64,000 nt of DNA, taken from the NCBI GenBank assembly GCA_946548715.1, contig CAMNPZ010000002.1, forward strand, positions 2,908 through 66,907. Reading direction: 5' to 3'. The DNA comes from an uncultured Candidatus Saccharibacteria bacterium (lineage in GTDB: Bacteria > Patescibacteriota > Saccharimonadia > Saccharimonadales > Saccharimonadaceae). The position numbers and the translations under genes were made by a program. This document shows positions 11,401 through 19,212 of this stretch, one piece after another. Below the pieces are notes generated by a model. That model worked only from the letters and a program-made list of their open reading frames with translations, searched no databases and was not told the origin of the DNA. The first letter of the stretch is position 1. Each line of letters starts with the position of its first letter.

Positions 11401-11941
11401 ACTAGAGAGCTTCGTGATAAATTCTGAGGACAAGACTAGCGAGGTTTCTGGTGGGCGCTTTACGATGATTGCTGGGACGGATAATGTTACGGTGATTGTG
11501 AGATTTAGGAAGGTGTATGAAGTAATTAATGGGGCCGGACAAACACATATTCGTGGCGTAGACGGTGCGGCAGAGTTTGAGATTGATGCAGAGTATGAAC
11601 TATTTGAAGACGATGGTAGGGTTTATGTTGATGGTGAATTGGTGGACCCTGAGAATTATGATTCTAGGAGCGGTAGCACTATAATTACTTTGTCGGAAGA
11701 TTATTTGAATTCATTGACATTGGGCGAGCATGCTCTGGCTGTTGTGTTTGCGGATGATGGGATTGCAAGAACGACATTTATCATTGCCGATCCGGAAGCT
11801 GAGGATGATAATCCGGCAACTGCAGACACTGGTGTGTTTACTGGTGCAACTGGTGGCGCAATTGCGACTGGTGCATCGGTAATGGTGATGGGGGCTTTGG
11901 TAAGTGCGATGTTCCTAACGAAAAAGAATCGAAAAGAGTAA
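8417..11941 (+). CDS. Surface anchor/scaffoldin-like protein: N-terminal cohesin-like domain, YDG/MBG/Ig-like stalk, X2-like module, NPATA sorting motif + TM + basic tail
   Basis: Signal peptide; GAQVTVNL...GDHLYEMVYNVSADTPAGTYHLPI...ATVTV fits the cohesin pattern; two KxYDG/KAFDG repeats; SSTNEAVATVDDSGKVTVVGVG (Big_2); VYVDGELVDPENYDSRSGSTIITL (X2-like); DNPATAD-hydrophobic-KKNRKE. Confidence 0.8.
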   Translation: MITRHKIYSRVVIAAVVLMVGCFSITGIMRAFATTSTMLSFSTSGEVELDGTSGAQVTVNLTAAQSGKLYAAQGAFSTTEIDDSNHYFAIDSLNVGNAINGYSQDNSSTTGQFYYVYSTAANGVEFSVGDHLYEMVYNVSADTPAGTYHLPINIEYVQQTSIDDYEEGVVVDATVTVTRNDAPAEKGTPVVTFRDGQGNPITDTIVKYYGDDRFTVTKEVTTGDGAIVDYHPADDGSGTVARTIPDSDLVEVGEPGFVQICARVEETDNYVEATFCYQVRVEKRTIGVDSAVIMDKAFDGTTEATVSSVTFSNPGNGVAPTYTAMGTFGTADAGVDKAIRVSATLTGDAVNRYTLSPDYLDTTKTISPFMLTMENAELLGGNTYAYEPSGVEPEVRITANIHGGVSTLVKGEDFNVSYSDNQAVGTGHVAITGAGNFTTGENPLILDFTITKKGINNSNLTVPSSLVEGRILTPNDVSVNVDGQNLVRCESAGDTNCDYVLEISGENDGIVGHTVHVAVNACNNYDGVAVADIDIVAKQEQTVTIADVTNTTVSKTYGDADFTYTATSDGDGGLSYSSTNEAVATVDDSGKVTVVGVGDADIVATAAETDTYAEGSAKYTVSVAKKVITVTDATVSNKVYDGTPVATVMNVALSESSLVYNTDYTATALFNDVDVAIRSVEVMVALTDDNFANYCFMHESSCVKNASYSATAAITPFTLGGDNATADLTLNPYVYNGSEITPEAIVKVDLDGDGIKEITLTAGTDYEMSYENNVNRGTGSATVSGKGNYAGSLTGLTFEIIPAPVDNVVVTAPAQDYTGEALEPVPVVTGEVAGSSMTFNAGEYYVISHDDFKNAGNYTFSVKSVDGGNYYFDSTDGSFTINKVASGNPAEMTAGLKIAAGCTLTELGERTVGFAWTNPDTVVGAGEQTFPAAYLQNDESTNYTPITVDVPVYGLKRLSVVTVIMGEGGEVTNPGDLAVEEDELTWTISPDEGYELESFVINSEDKTSEVSGGRFTMIAGTDNVTVIVRFRKVYEVINGAGQTHIRGVDGAAEFEIDAEYELFEDDGRVYVDGELVDPENYDSRSGSTIITLSEDYLNSLTLGEHALAVVFADDGIARTTFIIADPEAEDDNPATADTGVFTGATGGAIATGASVMVMGALVSAMFLTKKNRKE

Positions 11942-11952
11942 TCGGTAAATGC

Positions 11953-11980
11953 AAACAACGCTTGGGGGAGCGTTGTTTTT
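11953..11980 (+). terminator. Intrinsic terminator
   Basis: aaacaacgct-tggggg-agcgttgttt followed by T run. Confidence 0.75.
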
Positions 11981-12014
11981 GTATGTTATAATGGTAGGAA
12001 ATATAGGAGGAGAT

Positions 12015-12056
12015 ATGGCGAGTATATACGAAATAAAAATAAAGGAGTTAATATAA
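12015..12056 (+). other. 13-codon mini-ORF MASIYEIKIKELI with strong SD, overlapping the trxA start
   Basis: aggaggag 5' of ATG 12015; TAA 12054-12056 overlaps trxA ATG (TAATG). Confidence 0.35.
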
Positions 12057-12304
12057 TGGAATTATTGGATTTTTATGCGGATTGGTGTGGACCGTGTCAG
12101 ATGATGAAACCGACGATGGAAGAATTTGAGAAAGCGCATCCCGAGATTAAGGTGACGGCGGTAAATATTGACGAGCAAGAGGAATTGGCAGAGAAATACG
12201 GCGTGTCGTCGATACCATGTATCGTTGTGTTGAAAGATGGCGAAGAAGTGAACCGCGCAGTTGGAGTGCAGTCGCTGAAGAAACTCGAGAAGTTGGTGGC
12301 GTAG
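12056..12304 (+). CDS. trxA: Thioredoxin
   Basis: DFYADWCGPC active site. Confidence 0.97.
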   Translation: MELLDFYADWCGPCQMMKPTMEEFEKAHPEIKVTAVNIDEQEELAEKYGVSSIPCIVVLKDGEEVNRAVGVQSLKKLEKLVA

Positions 12305-12305
12305 T

Positions 12306-13229
12306 ATGAAATATGATGTGGTAATAGTTGGTGCTGGTATTGCAGGACTAACGGCGGCAATTTATGCTAGACGCGCTGAAAAATCAGTTCTAGTACTCGA
12401 AGGGAAGGTGCCGGGCGGTCAAATCATTAATACACTAACTATTGAGAATTGGCCTGGCGATATGGGGGTATCTGGCGTGGAATTGATGCAAAAGATTCAG
12501 AAGCAGGCGATGGAACTAGGTGCCGAAATAGAGATGGAAGAAGTTGAAGGAATCCAGAAGGTTGATGATGGATTTGTGGTGAAGACGGAAGATGGTGAAT
12601 ATGAGGCAAGAGCTATAATCTTGGCGGTGGGTGTAGAAGATAAGAAGTTGGATTTAGCTCGAGAGGATGAACTGACTGGTAAAGGTGTGTCGTATTGTGC
12701 AACGTGTGACGGAGCGTTTTATAAAGACAAACCAGTGGTGGTAATCGGGGGTGGCAATACGGCTTTGTATGATGCGTTGTATTTGTCCGATATTGTTTCG
12801 AAGGTGTATTTGGTGCATCGTCGAAACGAATTTCGAGGAGATAAGGCTTTGGTAAATAAACTGCGTCAGCGTGAGAACGTGGAGTTTGTGACTCCATTTG
12901 TGCCAGAAGAATTGTTGGGTGAAGATAAGATTACTGGAATTAAGGTAAAAATGGTAGATAGTGATAAGGTGCGCGCCGGTGATAAATATCGATTCCTGGA
13001 AGCGGATGGAGTATTCGTGGCGATTGGTAAGAAGCCGCAAACGGCTATGTTCGCCGAGTTGATGGAACTGGATGATAAGGGTTATATTGTGGCAGGGGAG
13101 GATTGTAAAACGAGTTGCCCTGGAGTGTTTGTGGCGGGGGATTGCCGGACTAAGTCGGTGAGACAACTGGTAACGGCGGCAGGGGATGGCGCGGTGGCGG
13201 CCGAAGCGGTGATTAACTATTTGGATTAA
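12306..13229 (+). CDS. trxB: Thioredoxin reductase
   Basis: GAGIAG FAD motif, GVSYCATCDG, GGGNTA, VFVAGDC. Confidence 0.97.
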   Translation: MKYDVVIVGAGIAGLTAAIYARRAEKSVLVLEGKVPGGQIINTLTIENWPGDMGVSGVELMQKIQKQAMELGAEIEMEEVEGIQKVDDGFVVKTEDGEYEARAIILAVGVEDKKLDLAREDELTGKGVSYCATCDGAFYKDKPVVVIGGGNTALYDALYLSDIVSKVYLVHRRNEFRGDKALVNKLRQRENVEFVTPFVPEELLGEDKITGIKVKMVDSDKVRAGDKYRFLEADGVFVAIGKKPQTAMFAELMELDDKGYIVAGEDCKTSCPGVFVAGDCRTKSVRQLVTAAGDGAVAAEAVINYLD

Positions 13230-13230
13230 G

Positions 13231-13713
13231 ATGGACGAAGAAACGTTAAAAGAGTGGGAAAAATCGAAGCGTATCGAAAAAGAGCGCATGAAAGCAGCGT
13301 GTGAATTGGCGTTTCATGAGGAGAGTAAAGCCAACCAAGCTTTTTTGACTCCTGAAAAGGCGCATGGATTTTCACGGGATTCGAACACGATTATGAGGAA
13401 TGCTGAGAGGATGGCGAATATAAGTATTGTATTTGCTCTACTGGGCATAGTGTTTGGATTCTTTATGAAAATTTTTGTGATTGTATCGGACGCGAATAAA
13501 CTTGGCATGGCTGGTTCTGGCATTTCGATGGTGCTTGGAGCCGTACATGGGGTGGGGATTGGCGTAGCGGCTTTGACTGGGTTGGTTGCGCTGATTTGTG
13601 CGGTTTTTCTGGTGCGTCGAATTGGTAGTAATTTGAAACCTACGATTATTACTGCTGGTGCTGCGCTACTAATAGTGGTGGCTGACTATGTTCTGGGGGT
13701 TTTGGTTAACTAG
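13231..13713 (+). CDS. Hypothetical membrane protein (about 3 TM segments)
   Basis: Hydrophobic C-terminal segments; 1-nt gap after trxB. Confidence 0.7.
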   Translation: MDEETLKEWEKSKRIEKERMKAACELAFHEESKANQAFLTPEKAHGFSRDSNTIMRNAERMANISIVFALLGIVFGFFMKIFVIVSDANKLGMAGSGISMVLGAVHGVGIGVAALTGLVALICAVFLVRRIGSNLKPTIITAGAALLIVVADYVLGVLVN

Positions 13714-13738
13714 GGAGTTTGTGGTATAATGTAGGTGT

Positions 13739-13823
13739 GGCCGAGTGGCGGAATTGGTATACGCGTTCGACTTAAAATCGAATGGGGAAACTCGTACGGG
13801 TTCAAGTCCCGTCTCGGCTACCA
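13739..13823 (+). tRNA. tRNA-Leu(TAA)
   Basis: Acceptor ggccgag/ctcggct, anticodon loop cttaaaa, long variable arm, gttcaag T-loop, encoded CCA. Confidence 0.97.
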
Positions 13824-13834
13824 CCATTCAAGTT

Positions 13835-13859
13835 AAAAGGCGCCATCTTGGCGTTTTTT
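13835..13859 (+). terminator. Terminator after tRNA-Leu
   Basis: aaaaggcgcca-tct-tggcgtttttt. Confidence 0.65.
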
Positions 13860-13874
13860 CGTGCTTGCTCGATC

Positions 13875-14215
13875 AATAATCGCGCTGCGCACGAAGAAAA
13901 CACCAATCTGACGCCTTTTAATCTTGAATGGAACGTTGGTAGAATTGGCGATTTTAGTTAACAAATTGATATGTGCGAGAAAATACCACCTCAGCGGCTT
14001 TTAATCTCAAATGGCAAATAATCGCGCTGCGCACGAAGAAAACACCAATCTGACGCCTTTTAATCTTGAATGGAACGTTGGTAGAATTGGCGATTTTAGT
14101 TAACAAATTGATATGTGCGAGAAAATACCACCTCAGCGGCTTTTAATCTCAAATGGCAAATAATCGCGCTGCGCACGAAGAAAACACCAATCTGGCGGCT
14201 TTTAATCTTAAATGG
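13875..14215. repeat. 142-bp tandem repeat (2 full copies + partial third) containing five copies of a degenerate 35-bp unit
   Basis: aataatcgcgctgcgcacgaag starts at 13875, 14017 and 14159; 35-bp unit ending cttttaatctYRaatgg at 13897, 13980, 14039, 14122, 14181. Confidence 0.95.
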
Positions 14216-14233
14216 ACATTATATAATGGTAGT

Positions 14234-15592
14234 ATGCAGAAACAATATATCGCGATTGATTTGAAGTCTTTTTATGCGTCAGTGGAATGTGTGGAACGTG
14301 GGCTTGACCCGCTGAAGGCTAAGCTGGTGGTGGCAGATGAATCGCGGACGGATAAGACGATATGTCTTGCGGTGTCGCCGGCACTTAAAGCGCTTGGAAT
14401 TCCGGGGCGGGCTAGGCTTTATGAAGTAAAACAGAAGGCGAAAGATTTTATCATTGCGGTGCCGAGAATGGCGTATTATATTAGTTATAGTACGCGTATA
14501 TATAATATATATTTGCGTTATATTGCCGAGGAAGATATGCACGTGTATTCGATAGATGAAGTTTTTATTGATGCGACGCCGTATCTTAAGACTTATAAGT
14601 GTACAGCACGAGAACTGGCGATGCGGATAATGCGGGATGTGTTGAAAGAGACGGGTGTGACTGCGACGGCAGGAATTGGGACTAATCTGTATCTCGCGAA
14701 AGTAGCGATGGATATTGTAGCGAAGCATGTGGAGCCGGACAAAAATGGGGCGAGGATTGCAGAATTAGACGAAATGAGTTATCGAAAGCAGTTGTGGGCG
14801 CACCGACCGCTGACGGATTTTTGGCGGGTGGGACGAGGATATGCGAAGCGATTGGAGTCGGCGGGAATATACACGATGGGTGATGTGGCATTTTGCTCGG
14901 AAAAAGATGAGGATTACTTGTATCGGATGTTTGGAGTAAATGCGGAACTTTTGATTGACCATGCATGGGGATGGGAATCGTGTGAAATTGCGGAGATTCG
15001 GAATTATCGTCCGAGAAGTAATTCTTTCTCGTCGGGACAGGTGTTGAAGGAGCCGTATGGATTTGATGAGGCTTTGGTGGTGGCAATGGAGATGGCGGAT
15101 GAGGTGGGATTGAATTTGCTGAAACGAAGACTGGTGACGGACCAGGTAACTTTGACGGTAGGATATGATGTGGTTAATGTAAGACAGGGGTATGTCGGCG
15201 AAGTGAAACAAGATTTTTATGGCCGGGCGGTGCCGAAACATGCGCATGGAACGTATCGTTTGGAAGAATTTAGCTGTGCTTCGTCGGTAATTCGTGAGGC
15301 GGTGCGGAAAATTTTTAATGAAAAGGTAGATAAGAGCTTAAAAGTGCGGCGGATTACGATTGATGTGGGGCATGTGAAACGGGAAGAGGATTTGAAAGAG
15401 GAGGCAACGCAACGAAGTTTGTTTGATAGTTTGAAGGATGAGGAGGAATTGAAAAAAGAACGGCAGACGAATGAAGCGATGTTGGCGATTAAAAAGCGGT
15501 ATGGCAAGAACGCGATTTTGAAGGGACTGAATTTTGAAAAAGGTGCAACTGGGCGAGAACGTAACATACAGATTGGAGGACATCGGCAGTGA
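14234..15592 (+). CDS. Y-family error-prone DNA polymerase (UmuC/DinB-like); start revised from 14153, which lies inside the repeat
   Basis: YIAIDLKSFYASVEC, YSIDEVFID, AGIGTNLYLAKVAMD; C-terminal GATGRERNIQIGGH. Confidence 0.93.
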   Translation: MQKQYIAIDLKSFYASVECVERGLDPLKAKLVVADESRTDKTICLAVSPALKALGIPGRARLYEVKQKAKDFIIAVPRMAYYISYSTRIYNIYLRYIAEEDMHVYSIDEVFIDATPYLKTYKCTARELAMRIMRDVLKETGVTATAGIGTNLYLAKVAMDIVAKHVEPDKNGARIAELDEMSYRKQLWAHRPLTDFWRVGRGYAKRLESAGIYTMGDVAFCSEKDEDYLYRMFGVNAELLIDHAWGWESCEIAEIRNYRPRSNSFSSGQVLKEPYGFDEALVVAMEMADEVGLNLLKRRLVTDQVTLTVGYDVVNVRQGYVGEVKQDFYGRAVPKHAHGTYRLEEFSCASSVIREAVRKIFNEKVDKSLKVRRITIDVGHVKREEDLKEEATQRSLFDSLKDEEELKKERQTNEAMLAIKKRYGKNAILKGLNFEKGATGRERNIQIGGHRQ

Positions 15593-15813
15593 ATAAGTAT
15601 GACGATATCATTAATCATCCACATTATGAGCCAAAGAGTCATCCGAGAATGTCGCGTGAGATGAGGGCGGCGCAGTTTGCACCATATGCGGCTTTGACAG
15701 GGCACGCCGGGGCTATAAAAAAGACGGCGAAATTTGCCGAGTTGAGAAGTCGTAGGGTGATTGAGCCGAATTTGGATGATGAAAAATACAATGAATATTC
15801 TATGATTGTATGA
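15589..15813 (+). CDS. YolD-like partner of the Y-family polymerase
   Basis: KYDDII..P.....HPRMSREMRAAQFAPYAALTGH; 4-nt overlap with the polymerase stop. Confidence 0.8.
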   Translation: MNKYDDIINHPHYEPKSHPRMSREMRAAQFAPYAALTGHAGAIKKTAKFAELRSRRVIEPNLDDEKYNEYSMIV

Positions 15814-15826
15814 TAAAATAAAGATA

Positions 15827-17098
15827 ATGTTTGGAGTTGATATTTGTTCCCTTAGGAATATAAAGCGGAGAGTAGTGATTGGTCTGTTCGGCGTAATCAT
15901 TGCAATTATGCCGTGTATTGTCTGTCTCCCGACATATGCCGTGAGATGCGGCGGTGTGGATACGTCGATTATTTCTTGTACTGAGGGTGGTGATGGCGGT
16001 ATTTGGCATATAATCCACTTAGTGGTCGATATATTATCGATAGGTATTGGTATTGCTGGAGTGGTGGGGGTATCTGTGGCTGGGATTCAGTACTTGACGG
16101 CTGGGCCAGATGTTGGGAAAACTCAGAAGGCAAAAGAAAGGATTTATCAGATTGTAATTGGGCTTGTGGCGTATGTAATGGCATTTGTAGGATTACAGTG
16201 GTTAATGCCCAATGGAGTTGTCAATCGTAATACTATTGCAGTATCTAGTGTTTCTGTGAAAAGTGCAAGTAAAACTCTGGAGGTTGGAAAAAACCAAAAA
16301 ATACAGGTGAGTTTTACGCCGGAGGATGCGACTGATAGAACGGTGACTTGGCGAAGTAGTGATTCAAGCATTGCGACGGTGAATTCGAATGGGGTTGTGG
16401 TGGGCAAGAAGGCTGGTAAAGTAACTATTACAGCAATCGCTTCGGATGGTAAAACCGCCAGTGTGGACTTAGAGGTTACGCCAGCGACAGAGACGAGCTC
16501 TGGTGAGACTTCTGGAACTTCAGGGTCTTCTGGCATGGCGGCGAGCGGCAAGACCAATGCGGAGATAAGGGCAGAACTAGCGAAGGTGGCGAAATACTTT
16601 GCAAATGCGAATAATCGTAGAGCTTATCAACAGGCGCTTGCGTCTACTGGTACAAGAGATGACAAGAGTGGGACTGGGGGATATTGTCGAAAAATTGGAC
16701 AATCATGCAGTGCCTATGTTGCTACGGTTGTGAGATCCGTAATTACGGATGGTACTGGTAATAAATGGCCAGCCAATACTAGTAAGATACCACAATATGT
16801 TGCGACAGTGAACAAAAAATATCCCGGGACTTGGAAAACTGTATCGTCTGGACAGATTGAACCGGGGGATATAGTGTATGAATATAAGGGGCGTTTGGGA
16901 AGTAGCGGGCATGTAGGTATTTTTGTAAAAAATAGCAATGGGCAAACTGTGCTAGCTGAAGCTTCTGTTGGCCAATACGGTTCAAATTGGTGTGGTGACG
17001 GTGCCAAGTGGCCATATGTAACTAATTTTACGAGTGCTCCGTTATACGAAGGTCGTGATCACGCAGTCTACTATAGATATATGGGTGGAGCAAAATAA
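15827..17098 (+). CDS. VirB2/TrbC-like pilin domain fused to a Big_2 Ig domain and a C-terminal NlpC/P60/CHAP-like domain
   Basis: GIQYLTAGPDVGKTQKAKERIYQIVIGL pilin signature; TWRSSDSSIATVNSNGVVVGKKAGKVTITA; SCSAYV...PGDIV...GHVGIF. Confidence 0.8.
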   Translation: MFGVDICSLRNIKRRVVIGLFGVIIAIMPCIVCLPTYAVRCGGVDTSIISCTEGGDGGIWHIIHLVVDILSIGIGIAGVVGVSVAGIQYLTAGPDVGKTQKAKERIYQIVIGLVAYVMAFVGLQWLMPNGVVNRNTIAVSSVSVKSASKTLEVGKNQKIQVSFTPEDATDRTVTWRSSDSSIATVNSNGVVVGKKAGKVTITAIASDGKTASVDLEVTPATETSSGETSGTSGSSGMAASGKTNAEIRAELAKVAKYFANANNRRAYQQALASTGTRDDKSGTGGYCRKIGQSCSAYVATVVRSVITDGTGNKWPANTSKIPQYVATVNKKYPGTWKTVSSGQIEPGDIVYEYKGRLGSSGHVGIFVKNSNGQTVLAEASVGQYGSNWCGDGAKWPYVTNFTSAPLYEGRDHAVYYRYMGGAK

Positions 17099-17107
17099 AA
17101 AGGAGGA

Positions 17108-17884
17108 ATGGTGGATAAAGATAATGGTTCATTTGAACAGCAGTTTAAACAAAGGATGGCTTTAGATTCTAAGGCTGCGGGATTTAAGAAGAAAAGAAAT
17201 AACGAGAAAAGATGGATTTTTGGTGGATTGTTGGGTCTTACTATTCTCTTGCTCGTTATTATGATTGTGTTTTTTGTGGCTTACTTGAATCGACCCGTTG
17301 AACGAACTGCAAGGGTAACTGAATTGATGGGGTTGTATGAACGGTTGGAAGATAGAGTGACTTATGGCGAGCTTATGAAGATGATTGGCGAATTGTCGCC
17401 AAAGGCTAGCATAATGTTTGATGATGGAATATATATTATTTCTATGAACGATGAAGATGCTCCTGATTATATAACTTGTAATATTGAATTGAGTATAGAT
17501 GATGATTCTTCTTCGGAAGGCTCTGTAGAAGTTAGTGAGTCTGAAGATAACGCCGAAGATGATGCGATTGATTTGGATGAATTGATTAATGCGATAATGT
17601 CGGAAGACGAATCGACGTGGTGCGAAAATGAAGTCTCCAAAGAACCCGCGGTGAATCTTTATGATAGCAATTGGGAGCCAGCGGCTGCGACGGTGATGAC
17701 GTATTTTACATATTACTATTTTGATGAATTAGAAGTGGCTGATGATGAAACAGAACTTACGGAGTTATATATTCGACAAAACCTTAATGGCGATGGATAT
17801 GAATTGTTTGACGGGTGGAACACGATTGCCGTATCTACGAAGACTTTGGCCGTAGATGAACTATCGCGAATAGTTTCGCAATAA
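17108..17884 (+). CDS. Hypothetical single-pass membrane protein with acidic extracellular domain
   Basis: SD aggagg, one hydrophobic segment after a basic stretch, Asp/Glu-rich remainder. Confidence 0.75.
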   Translation: MVDKDNGSFEQQFKQRMALDSKAAGFKKKRNNEKRWIFGGLLGLTILLLVIMIVFFVAYLNRPVERTARVTELMGLYERLEDRVTYGELMKMIGELSPKASIMFDDGIYIISMNDEDAPDYITCNIELSIDDDSSSEGSVEVSESEDNAEDDAIDLDELINAIMSEDESTWCENEVSKEPAVNLYDSNWEPAAATVMTYFTYYYFDELEVADDETELTELYIRQNLNGDGYELFDGWNTIAVSTKTLAVDELSRIVSQ

Positions 17885-17911
17885 CAACATGATGTAATAA
17901 TAACAAAAAAA

Positions 17912-17985
17912 TGGAGGTGCCTACCGGAATTGAACCGGTGTACGCGGTTTTGCAGACCGCTGCGTAACCACTCCGCCAAAGCACC
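17912..17985 (-). tRNA. tRNA-Cys(GCA)
   Basis: Reverse complement ggtgctttggcggagtggttacgcagcggtctgcaaaaccgc...gttcaattcc...cacctcca. Confidence 0.97.
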
Positions 17986-18004
17986 TTATGGATTAATTGT
18001 AGCA

Positions 18005-18928
18005 TTATATTTGTAATAAGACAACACCTGAAACAACGAGAATGATTGCGATGAGGTGGACGATGATTGGTTTCTTTTCGAGTTTTTCGCGTCCGAATTT
18101 TGGCCAAATGAGAGTCAATAAGATACCCATGAAGAAAATAACAATAGGGCCAGACGAGTCGGAGACAGCGGAGGCGAGGGCGACGGTCGGTGCAGTAACA
18201 AGTGCGGCGCGATAAACAAATTCTTTGGCAACGCCTACAATTGTATTGGTCAACATGGGGCGAAAAACTTTGCGTTTGCTTTGCTTAACAACTGTGCGAT
18301 AGCGGTGAAGCCATTTAGGATTAAGATAGACAAGAGCGGCATTTGTAATGCTTTTTGCTATGAGAAGTACGGCGGTTGTGGTGATGAAACTTGCTTCGGA
18401 TGTATTGGCTTTGACAAAGATGAGATTACTGATAACTGCGATGAGGACATAGAAAAAAGAGTAGATTGCGGCTTTGATCTGGACATTGCGTGATTTTTTG
18501 CGGGTGGTAAGAATAATTAAGGCAGGTGCGGAAACGATGATGAGAAAGGCTACGAGTTGGATTGGAGAGATTGTTTCACCTAAAAATAACCAGCCAAGGA
18601 TTAGATATAGGACTGGAGCGAGTTGGATGAATATACCTAGGTTAGTGGAGTCGTCTAATTCGAGCGCTTTATAATAGAATACGCCAGAAATGGCGCTAAT
18701 GAATCCGGCTAGTATGAGTGCCAAGAAAAGTCTGGGGGTAAATGCGCTGAAGTTGAAGCCGGTGACTGCTAAAATAATGAGGCATAGAATTGTGACTGAA
18801 TAACCATAGAAGAGCTTTTGTGAGGCGGCACCTCGGCCTTTAAAGTAGACATCGGAAACATAGTTATCGATAAATATGCGAAACGAATCAACAATTAATG
18901 TGATGGCGATATAGGTCAACCAGGTCAT
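18005..18928 (-). CDS. DMT/EamA-family transporter
   Basis: About 10 hydrophobic segments; YYKAL...APVL..ILGWLFLGETISPIQL. Confidence 0.85.
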   Translation of the reverse strand: MTWLTYIAITLIVDSFRIFIDNYVSDVYFKGRGAASQKLFYGYSVTILCLIILAVTGFNFSAFTPRLFLALILAGFISAISGVFYYKALELDDSTNLGIFIQLAPVLYLILGWLFLGETISPIQLVAFLIIVSAPALIILTTRKKSRNVQIKAAIYSFFYVLIAVISNLIFVKANTSEASFITTTAVLLIAKSITNAALVYLNPKWLHRYRTVVKQSKRKVFRPMLTNTIVGVAKEFVYRAALVTAPTVALASAVSDSSGPIVIFFMGILLTLIWPKFGREKLEKKPIIVHLIAIILVVSGVVLLQI

Positions 18929-19122
18929 GCGAAGGCTCCATAGGTGATGAAGCCGTAGTATAAACTAAAAATTACTAACATAAGCATACCTTCTATTTTG
19001 ATGATTCTGCGATTATTGCTGGCTAATATACATAGCAACAGCGATGAGAAAATGAGCATGACTACCTTGATGAGAAGGGCGAATCCGATTATTGATATTA
19101 ATATCTGTAGTGCTACTTCCAT
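18925..19122 (-). pseudogene. Internally deleted remnant of a Ca2+/Na+ antiporter (YrbG/CaCA-like), 65 aa
   Basis: MEVALQILISIIGFALLIK (CaCA-like N-terminus) joined directly to VMLIFSSLLLCILASNNRRIIKIEGMLMLVIF (CaCA-like last helices); ATGA overlap with the EamA gene. Confidence 0.55.
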
Positions 19123-19212
19123 TACGATTATGATTATAACACATTTAGAGTAAAATGACACTAAGGTCCGAGAGTTAGCCAACAAAATAAGGCTAACTAG
19201 AGCCTTAAAAAA

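Noticed and set aside
13875-14215. CRISPR array
   Set aside because: Spacers repeat (A-B-A-B), have two very different lengths (48 and 24 nt), the repeats are degenerate, and there are no cas genes.
14153-14233. N-terminal extension of the Y-family polymerase
   Set aside because: It is translated repeat sequence; homology begins at MQKQYIAID, which has a -10 box 6 nt upstream.
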